DNA from: Clostridium neuense
GTDB lineage: Bacteria > Bacillota > Clostridia > Clostridiales > Clostridiaceae
DNA: 24,000 nt
Direction: 5' to 3'
NCBI RefSeq assembly: GCF_045310695.1
Contig: NZ_JBJIAA010000002.1
Location: 174,363 to 198,362, forward strand
The stretch's first letter is position 1. Each line of letters opens with the position of its first letter. This document shows positions 8,378-14,784 of the stretch, one piece after another. Under the pieces are notes generated by a model that saw only the letters and a list, made by a program, of their open reading frames with translations, did not search any database and was not told the DNA's origin. A program made the position numbers and the translations under genes.

Positions 8378-8637
8378 AGTCAACACTACTCCAACACTTT
8401 TTTAATTGTTTTATATAAATATAAAATATAATTTATATTTATATATGTTATTGTTTACAAATTATTATTTATATAATTTCACTACCAATATCTTGTAAAC
8501 TTGATATTCCCTGTATCATATTACAAACTTTTTTCTTTTAATAATTTTATTAATTAATTACTTAGAATTAATATATATCTAAGTCATTATAAGCAAAATC
8601 TTCAATTTCTATTTCAACAATATATGCAGCTCTATTT

Positions 8638-8653
8638 ATTTGTATGTACATGT
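8638..8653. promoter_or_regulatory. AraR-type operator, box 1
   Basis: ATTTGTATGTACATGT matches the remembered Bacillus/Clostridium AraR consensus ATTTGTACGTACAAAT at 13 of 16 positions. It sits just upstream of a TATAAT at 8659-8664, a possible araA -10. Confidence 0.5.
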
Positions 8654-8711
8654 GCTTTTATAATGAGCAAAAAAATATTGCTTTTTTCTATAGAAGCGTT
8701 TACAATGTAAT

Positions 8712-8727
8712 TAATGTACGTACATGT
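8712..8727. promoter_or_regulatory. AraR-type operator, box 2
   Basis: TAATGTACGTACATGT contains the perfect 12-bp palindrome ATGTACGTACAT (8714-8725), whose core TGTACGTACA is identical to the AraR consensus core. It lies ~85 bp upstream of araA. Its centre is 74 bp from the centre of box 1, about 7 helical turns. Confidence 0.6.
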
Positions 8728-8744
8728 TGTGTGGTACAGATAAA

Positions 8745-8760
8745 ACATATACGTACCTTT
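8745..8760. promoter_or_regulatory. AraR-type operator, box 3 (weak)
   Basis: ACATATACGTACCTTT matches the AraR consensus at 10 of 16 positions and conserves the central TACGTAC. Its centre is 33 bp from the centre of box 2. Confidence 0.3.
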
Positions 8761-8805
8761 AAAATAATTTTATTAAAATAATACCTATTTTAGGAGGATT
8801 TTATT

Positions 8806-10296
8806 ATGTTACAGTTAAAAGCATATGAATTTTGGTTTGTTACTGGAAGTCAACACCTATATGGCGAAGACACTCTAAAAGAAGTAAATGAGCACTCACA
8901 AATTATAACTGAAAGTCTAAATAAAAGTTTAAATTCACCTTACAAAATAATTTTCAAGCCAGTTTTAACTACACCTGAAGCTATAAACAATTTATGTATA
9001 GAAGCTAATTCAGATCCAAAATGTGCAGGTATAATAACTTGGATGCATACTTTCTCACCTGCAAAAATGTGGATTCAAGGTTTACTTGCATTAGATAAAC
9101 CTCTTTTACATCTTCACACTCAATTTAATCGTGAAATTCCATGGGATTCAATTGATATGGATTTCATGAATACCAACCAATCTGCACATGGTGACAGGGA
9201 GTATGGCTTTATCGGTGCAAGAATGAAAATAAAACGTAAAATTGTAGTTGGATATTGGAAAGATTCTGATGTAATTAACCAAATACATGACTGGTTATAC
9301 ATTGCAGCCGCTTATATAGAAAGCCGTAAACTAAAGGTTGCACGTTTTGGAGATAATATGAGAAATGTTGCTGTTACTGACGGCGACAAGGTTGAAGCTC
9401 AAATTAAATTTGGTTGGCAGGTTCAAGCTTATGGAATTGGTGATTTAGTAGATTCAATTAATGAGGTTACTGAGAGCGATGTAAATGCTTTAATGGAAGA
9501 ATACTCTTCACTTTACGATTTTGCTCCTAATCTTTTAGAAGAAGGACCATTAAGAGATTCTGTTAAAGAACAAGCTCGTATTGAAATCGGACTAGAAAAT
9601 TTCTTAAAAAAAGGTGATTTTACCGCTTTCACTACTAATTTCGAAGATCTTCACGGTATGAAACAGCTTCCAGGTCTTGCAGTTCAGCATTTAATGTCCA
9701 AAGGCTATGGTTTTGGTGCTGAAGGAGACTGGAAGACTGCTGCTCTAGTTAGATTAATGAAAATTATGGCTCCAACTAAAGGTACAACTTTAATGGAAGA
9801 TTACACTTATGACCTAATCAATGGCGATGAAGTTATTTTAGGTGCACATATGCTTGAAATTTGTCCAAGTATTGCTGCTACTAAGCCAAGAATAGAAGTT
9901 CATCCTCTTGGAATTGGTGGAAAAGATGATCCTGCTAGACTAGTGTTTGAGGGCAGTGAAGGACCTGCTGTTTGTGCAACACTTTTAGATTTAGGAAATC
10001 GCTTCCGTCTATTAGTTAACAATGTTGATGCAGTAAAAGCTAAGCATCCTATGCCTAAGCTTCCAGTTGCTAGCACTTTCTGGAAACCACAACCTTCCCT
10101 AAAAGAAGGAGCAAAAGCTTGGATTCTTGCCGGTGGTGCTCATCATACAAGTTTCTCTTATGGAGTAAGTGCTGAACAACTTAGAGATTTTTGCGAAATG
10201 GCTGGTATTGAATGTCTTGTAATTGACAAAAACACTAAGATTAATGATTTCAAAAATGAAATACTATGGAATGACTTAGCTTGGAAATTCAAATAG
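8806..10296 (+). CDS. araA: L-arabinose isomerase
   Basis: 496 aa. The N-terminus EFWFVTGSQHLYGEDTL, the blocks NQSAHGDREYGFI and FGAEGDWKTAAL, and HHTSFSY near the C-terminus are characteristic AraA blocks. RBS AGGAGG lies 9 nt upstream of the ATG. Confidence 0.95.
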   Translation: MLQLKAYEFWFVTGSQHLYGEDTLKEVNEHSQIITESLNKSLNSPYKIIFKPVLTTPEAINNLCIEANSDPKCAGIITWMHTFSPAKMWIQGLLALDKPLLHLHTQFNREIPWDSIDMDFMNTNQSAHGDREYGFIGARMKIKRKIVVGYWKDSDVINQIHDWLYIAAAYIESRKLKVARFGDNMRNVAVTDGDKVEAQIKFGWQVQAYGIGDLVDSINEVTESDVNALMEEYSSLYDFAPNLLEEGPLRDSVKEQARIEIGLENFLKKGDFTAFTTNFEDLHGMKQLPGLAVQHLMSKGYGFGAEGDWKTAALVRLMKIMAPTKGTTLMEDYTYDLINGDEVILGAHMLEICPSIAATKPRIEVHPLGIGGKDDPARLVFEGSEGPAVCATLLDLGNRFRLLVNNVDAVKAKHPMPKLPVASTFWKPQPSLKEGAKAWILAGGAHHTSFSYGVSAEQLRDFCEMAGIECLVIDKNTKINDFKNEILWNDLAWKFK

Positions 10297-10322
10297 TTTA
10301 GTATTCCATCATTATAATTTAC

Positions 10323-10380
10323 AAAAGCAGTTGTTATACTAGTGTTAAAGAAATCACTAAAATAACAACTGCTTTTAAAT
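10323..10380 (+). terminator. Intrinsic terminator of araA
   Basis: AAAAGCAGTTGTTAT (10323-10337) is the exact reverse complement of ATAACAACTGCTTTT (10362-10376). The stem ends in a T-run, 27 nt after the araA stop. Confidence 0.8.
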
Positions 10381-10590
10381 ATATTAAAATAATAATTATG
10401 TATTCTACCTTTAAAGTATTCTAAACGCTCTTTTCTTAACTTATCTGCAACATAAAAGCATTCAAAAACGAAGCTTATTACAATTTTATTTATAATCACT
10501 CATTAAAAATTCATTAACTTCCTTCTAATTTAAGCAAAGATTTAATTAAGATACTTATATTCTTATCATCATCTGGTATTAAAATCTTGA

Positions 10591-12450
10591 TCATAAAAGT
10601 TTATATACCCTATTTACCCTTATTACTTTACTTGCCGATGCTACTCCAAGTAGAATAATAATTATTTGGATAATTAAAAGCCAGGCATCAATATTTAAAA
10701 CATGCTGCCTTTCACCTGATACTTTAACTTTCGTATCTATAAATTTATCTTCAACAAAATTATTTGTGTTATATAGCTTCTCTATTTTATTTAACATATC
10801 AGTATCCGTAACCTTATATACAGTACCACAAAAATCAATGGTTTTAGTCTTGTAAGCTTGAGTAGCCTCTTTAAAGTCTACTACAGCAACAATCCTTTTA
10901 TCTCCAAGTGTACCTGCACATAAATATCCATTCATATCTCCATATAAGTTTCTTTTCTTTGCTGTATCATAAGAAAGATACACATTTGTCACTTTCCCTT
11001 GCTTATCCTTTATTGGTATACGATACAATGATAAAAATTCTGCATCTGTAAGCTTTCCATGAATATTGCTTATCCCCGGTATAATTTTTTCAATATCTTG
11101 CGAACTGTTTACTAATTTCCCCTTATCCCAGAACATTATGAACTGCAAAGTGCTATTTAATGAATAATAATTTTTAACGTTCATATGCTTCATTGCTAGC
11201 TGCACACTTATAACTTGAACTACTAAAATCACAAAACAAATAATAAAGCTTCTTGCAAAAATCCATTTTAATTTTTTTCTTAACTGTCTGCTATCCAGCC
11301 TTCCAACTTCTTTATATAAATCATCTATCTCAGCCTTTATAACTTCATTATTTCTGTTATTTTTTAGTTCTTTCTTTAATCTATGTATGATTCCGAAGTT
11401 AACTTGCTCTAATAATTTTTTAAATTCCCCGTTAAGTGACGATGAAGCTTTAAGCTGTAAAAGCAACTGTTTAGCCTTATCAAACTCTTTAAAATAACAA
11501 TAACACTTAATAGACATAAATTTAAAATCCACGTTATTAAAATTCAATTTCTCTAAGTATTTACAATCCTCCAGGGCTTTATCCATTTTCCCTATATTAT
11601 ATAATAGCTTTGCCCTGTAAAAACGCGCATATGTATCATCATTTTTTTGTACTAAATCATTATATATTTCCAAAGCTTTGTCCAAATTCCCTTTAATTAC
11701 ACAGCATCTTCCCTGCATAATAAGTACATCCGGATCATCAGCATACATGCTATTAGCCTTGTTTATGCATTCCTCTGCATATTCAATATCTTCACAAGAA
11801 AGTGCCTCAAAAGCCTTCTCTCTATACCCTAAAAAAGCTTCACTTGGCACACCATTGAGCTTTTTAAAATAACAATATCTAAGCTCGTTATCATCTTCTA
11901 ACTGCTTAAAAATATATTTTATAAATTCTTCAGAGTATTCATCACAAATATATTCTTTTTGCTGACTTAAATTAAAATTTTGTTCAAGAAGTTTCCATAC
12001 ATCTTGTGGAAGATAATGATTTTTCATTAAAAACTCTATCATACTATCATTTAAAAGCTTTTTGTCTCCCATGTACCATATAACTTCTGAGTTTAAAATT
12101 TCCCTCCACTTTTCAACATTAATTCGCGAAAAAAAATCATCATACAAACCTTTAACTCCAATAATAAATTTATTTACATTATCATCAAAAATTAATGTTT
12201 GTTTTGAACTTTTCTCCTCCAAATTAGCTTTAGGTTGATAGCTTAAAATATCCGCTTTGCTTACCTCTAAATTCTCTTTTTTATTTTTACCATTTATATA
12301 TTTTAAAGCTTCATCATAAGCTTCTCTTAACTCTTGATAACCTTCAGGATCATCTTCTGGATGATGCAGCCTTAGCTGTTTTGCATAGGCTTTTTTTATC
12401 TCAGAAATATTATCTGTAGGATCAATTTTTAAGATATACCAAAAATTCAT
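10591..12450 (-). CDS. J-domain (DnaJ-like) / TPR membrane protein with an extracytoplasmic domain
   Basis: 619 aa. The N-terminal J-domain-like helix pattern is YILKIDPTDNISEIKKAYAKQLRLHHPEDDPEGYQELREAYDEAL. TPR-like repeats occupy the middle (ALEIYNDLVQKNDD..., ALEDCKYLEKL...). One hydrophobic TM segment lies around residue 400 (FIICFVILVVQVISVQLAM) and a second near the C-terminus (AWLLIIQIIIILLGVASA). They bracket a domain of roughly 160-170 aa. Confidence 0.75.
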   Translation of the reverse strand: MNFWYILKIDPTDNISEIKKAYAKQLRLHHPEDDPEGYQELREAYDEALKYINGKNKKENLEVSKADILSYQPKANLEEKSSKQTLIFDDNVNKFIIGVKGLYDDFFSRINVEKWREILNSEVIWYMGDKKLLNDSMIEFLMKNHYLPQDVWKLLEQNFNLSQQKEYICDEYSEEFIKYIFKQLEDDNELRYCYFKKLNGVPSEAFLGYREKAFEALSCEDIEYAEECINKANSMYADDPDVLIMQGRCCVIKGNLDKALEIYNDLVQKNDDTYARFYRAKLLYNIGKMDKALEDCKYLEKLNFNNVDFKFMSIKCYCYFKEFDKAKQLLLQLKASSSLNGEFKKLLEQVNFGIIHRLKKELKNNRNNEVIKAEIDDLYKEVGRLDSRQLRKKLKWIFARSFIICFVILVVQVISVQLAMKHMNVKNYYSLNSTLQFIMFWDKGKLVNSSQDIEKIIPGISNIHGKLTDAEFLSLYRIPIKDKQGKVTNVYLSYDTAKKRNLYGDMNGYLCAGTLGDKRIVAVVDFKEATQAYKTKTIDFCGTVYKVTDTDMLNKIEKLYNTNNFVEDKFIDTKVKVSGERQHVLNIDAWLLIIQIIIILLGVASASKVIRVNRVYKLL

Positions 12451-12564
12451 AACTATCTGAACCTCTCAATTCCACTTCATTTTTATAATTTATTATAACA
12501 TACCCTACTTCAAAGTATGGTGCATATGTAGTTTGCATTTAAGCTAAAGTAATAGAAATGAATT

Positions 12565-12633
12565 AAAAAATATAGTAGATATAAATTAGAAAAGCTATTT
12601 CAATAAAACCTTCTCAATCTACATCTACTATAT
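12565..12633 (-). terminator. Possible terminator of the amidohydrolase gene
   Basis: ATATAGTAGAT (12570-12580) is the exact reverse complement of ATCTACTATAT (12623-12633). On the minus strand the stem is followed by TTTTT. The 42-nt loop is unusually long for an intrinsic terminator. Confidence 0.4.
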
Positions 12634-12650
12634 TCGATTACTAAATAAAA

Positions 12651-14207
12651 CTATTGAATGGAATTATATACTTCTTTTCCATTAACTAAGGTTAAGCATA
12701 CATTAACATTTCTTATTTTACTTAACGGAATTTTGAATACATCATCACTTAATACTGCAATATCAGCTGTTTTTCCAGCTTCCAAAGTTCCAAGTTTTTC
12801 TTCTTGAAAAAGGTCATAAGCACCGCCCCTTGTCCATGCAGTTAAAACTTCATTGATGGTAAGAGTATTTTCCACATTAAAGGGTTCTCCGCCTTCAGGA
12901 AAAAAGCCTCCGCATGCATGGTATATAGATTCCGGAATATTATCTATTAGAAGTGGCAAATCAGTTCCACATGAAAGAATAACACCACTGTCCGCCATTT
13001 TACGTCGATTCCAGTAATACTTTCCTCTATCCATACCAATTTTACTCTCAATCATTGCCAGCTTACTCTTTCTATCAGCAATAGATTGAATCTGAGGGTA
13101 TATTTCAGCTATAACTCCCAGTTTGCCCATATGCTCTAAATCAGCAGGATCGCTAAATTCTAAATCAGTCATGCTGTGGCGGTTTTTAAGTTTTCCGTTA
13201 TTATCTTTTTGGCATTTTTCATATATATTTAATACTTTACAAATTGCTGCATCACCTTGAGCATGCAGCGAAAAGCGGAAACCTGCTGCATCTGCTGCTA
13301 GTGTCTCTTTTTCTATCATATCATAATCAATATCTAAAGCACAGCATGTGTCAGCACAATTATAAGGCTTTTTTAAATCTCCACATAACTCACTTATAGA
13401 ACCATCAGTCATACGATTGTAGCCAGAAAAACGAACAAAATCACCTACGAAACGTTTTCGCATAGCTTTTCCATATTCAAAATCAGCACATCGACCAACG
13501 GGCTGACTCATAAAATTAACACGCAAGGTTAGTTCGCCTGATTTATCTAAGTCTTCAAGGACATCGGTAAAGCCGTAAAAATCATCAAATCCCATTTCCT
13601 TTACAGAAGTGATTCCACGGCCGTTCATCATTGCCATATACTTTTTAAATTCTGGTACAATAAATTCCCTGTCTGAAATAATATCTTTTAGCAATCTCCA
13701 ATAAGCCTCCGGATAACAAGTGTCAGGTGTAAACTTATAAGTGTTAATTGCAGCCGTATTCATCAAACAGGTATCTCCTCCCTCTGCAAAAAGAACAACC
13801 GGAGTATCAGGGAACTCATTATCTAAAGATGTTATATCTGGAGCAATAACTTTAGAATTCCATCCGTGGCCTAATATAAGTTTTTTTGACGGATTGGCAG
13901 CCGCATATTCCTTAACATGAGTGATAACGTTTTCTAAGCTGTCAAAACTAGCTTTTGATAAATCAATTCCTACAAACTTTAGTACATAACCAGTAAAGAA
14001 ACAATGCACATCTGAGAATCCTGGACAAATGACCCTGCTTCCTAATTCATATACTTTAGTTTCTCTAGAAAGAAATTCACTTCCATCTCCTTCTCCAACA
14101 GATAAAATTTTACCACCTGCAATTGCTACATGCCCATCAATTATAGTATTGTTGACAGCGGTAAATATATTTTTTGAACGTAAAAGAATTTCTGCTTTCA
14201 TAACCAT
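12651..14207 (-). CDS. Amidohydrolase-superfamily protein (Amidohydro_3-like TIM-barrel hydrolase)
   Basis: 518 aa. The strand-1 motif is PGFSDVHCFF (canonical PGfiD-H-x-H). Later blocks FSLHAQGDAA, ...RHSMTDLEF and LSCGTDLP, and the C-terminal GTLEAGKTADIAVL, fit the Amidohydro_3 layout as I recall it. RBS AAAGGAG lies 10 nt upstream of the ATG at 14207. Confidence 0.75.
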   Translation of the reverse strand: MVMKAEILLRSKNIFTAVNNTIIDGHVAIAGGKILSVGEGDGSEFLSRETKVYELGSRVICPGFSDVHCFFTGYVLKFVGIDLSKASFDSLENVITHVKEYAAANPSKKLILGHGWNSKVIAPDITSLDNEFPDTPVVLFAEGGDTCLMNTAAINTYKFTPDTCYPEAYWRLLKDIISDREFIVPEFKKYMAMMNGRGITSVKEMGFDDFYGFTDVLEDLDKSGELTLRVNFMSQPVGRCADFEYGKAMRKRFVGDFVRFSGYNRMTDGSISELCGDLKKPYNCADTCCALDIDYDMIEKETLAADAAGFRFSLHAQGDAAICKVLNIYEKCQKDNNGKLKNRHSMTDLEFSDPADLEHMGKLGVIAEIYPQIQSIADRKSKLAMIESKIGMDRGKYYWNRRKMADSGVILSCGTDLPLLIDNIPESIYHACGGFFPEGGEPFNVENTLTINEVLTAWTRGGAYDLFQEEKLGTLEAGKTADIAVLSDDVFKIPLSKIRNVNVCLTLVNGKEVYNSIQ

Positions 14208-14313
14208 TGAACTTTTACTCCTTTCAATTTGTACAATAACTTTGCTGCATCATAAAAATATAGTCATTAATGCAGAGATTTTTGTATAACATGTAAATAA
14301 GTTATCTATAAAA

Positions 14314-14324
14314 CCATACCAATT
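14314..14324 (-). promoter_or_regulatory. AATTGGTATGG motif, copy A (candidate operator at the amidohydrolase promoter)
   Basis: The plus strand reads CCATACCAATT. On the minus strand the motif begins 6 nt downstream of the putative -10 TATACT, overlapping the expected transcription start. Confidence 0.45.
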
Positions 14325-14330
14325 AACTGA

Positions 14331-14339
14331 AGTATAGCA
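14331..14339 (-). promoter_or_regulatory. Extended -10 promoter (TGcTATACT) for the amidohydrolase gene
   Basis: The minus strand reads TGCTATACT, the same GTGCTATACT string as the frl promoter on the other strand. The -35 is weak (TTGTAT at 17-nt spacing). The predicted leader is ~120 nt. Confidence 0.4.
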
Positions 14340-14456
14340 CATGCTTTTATTAAATACAAGAAATATTGTAATAACTTTATAAAAAAAGTCTACAAATGTA
14401 CATACATTACAAATAATAGTTACAACACTTAGATACCTATAATCATCTACTGTAGA

Positions 14457-14556
14457 ATATATAGTAAAACTACTGCGAAACTTAAACTATTTATGTTTGA
14501 AAATACCGATTTTCAAGGCATTATGGTGCATAAATAGTTTAAGTTTCACTATATAT
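14457..14556. repeat. Nested palindrome with perfect 19-bp arms, lying between the divergent promoters
   Basis: GAAACTTAAACTATTTATG (14477-14495) is the exact reverse complement of CATAAATAGTTTAAGTTTC (14529-14547). An outer 9-bp pair, ATATATAGT (14457-14465) with ACTATATAT (14548-14556), is separated from it by an 11-nt one-sided bulge. An inner 8-bp pair, TTGAAAAT (14497-14504) with ATTTTCAA (14509-14516), sits in the loop. Confidence 0.7.
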
Positions 14557-14580
14557 AGTTGATTATATTTCAGTTCTTTA

Positions 14581-14591
14581 GTATACCAATG
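14581..14591 (-). promoter_or_regulatory. CATTGGTATAC motif, copy D
   Basis: The plus strand reads GTATACCAATG. With its flank (CTTTAGTATACCAATG) it forms an imperfect 16-bp palindrome around TATA. Confidence 0.35.
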
Positions 14592-14642
14592 AAGCTTATC
14601 CTGAGATTATACTAAAACCAAAAACAAGATTTTATTTGCATA

Positions 14643-14671
14643 TTGACATGCAAAAAACCAAGTGCTATACT
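14643..14671 (+). promoter_or_regulatory. Sigma-A type promoter of the frl operon
   Basis: TTGACA (14643-14648), a 17-nt spacer, then TATACT (14666-14671) preceded by TG at 14663-14664. This gives a leader of about 105 nt to the frlB ATG. Confidence 0.65.
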
Positions 14672-14680
14672 ATAGTCACA

Positions 14681-14691
14681 AATTGGTATAG
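14681..14691 (+). promoter_or_regulatory. AATTGGTATAG motif, copy B (candidate operator at the frl promoter)
   Basis: It begins 9 nt downstream of the -10 and overlaps the expected transcription start. This mirrors the position of copy A at the divergent promoter. Confidence 0.45.
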
Positions 14692-14725
14692 AAATATCAA
14701 TCACATGTCTATATCGATAATGAAG

Positions 14726-14736
14726 CCATACCATTT
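14726..14736 (-). promoter_or_regulatory. AAATGGTATGG motif, copy C
   Basis: The plus strand reads CCATACCATTT, inverted relative to copy B and 35 nt downstream of it. It could equally pair with copy B as an RNA leader hairpin. Confidence 0.35.
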
Positions 14737-14784
14737 ATACAAAAATTTTTTTCAATATTAGAAATGATAAAAGGAGAGAAAGAT

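Noticed and set aside
8665-8690. Terminator-like GAGCAAAAAAATATTGCTTTTTT upstream of araA.
   Set aside because: The stem is only about 5 bp (AGCAA/TTGCT) and AT-rich. It is too weak to call an attenuator.
10158-10499. 113-aa minus-strand ORF spanning the araA 3' end and the araA terminator.
   Set aside because: It overlaps 139 nt of the confidently called araA gene and reads straight through the terminator hairpin. It has no RBS and the peptide is low-complexity. It is most likely spurious.
14497-14516. TTGAAAATACCGATTTTCAA considered as a cre (CcpA) site.
   Set aside because: The half-sites TGAAAAT/ATTTTCA are separated so that the palindrome is 18 nt, 4 nt longer than the 14-nt cre consensus, and the centre ACCG is not the CG-centred cre core. 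I keep it only as the inner part of the nested palindrome.
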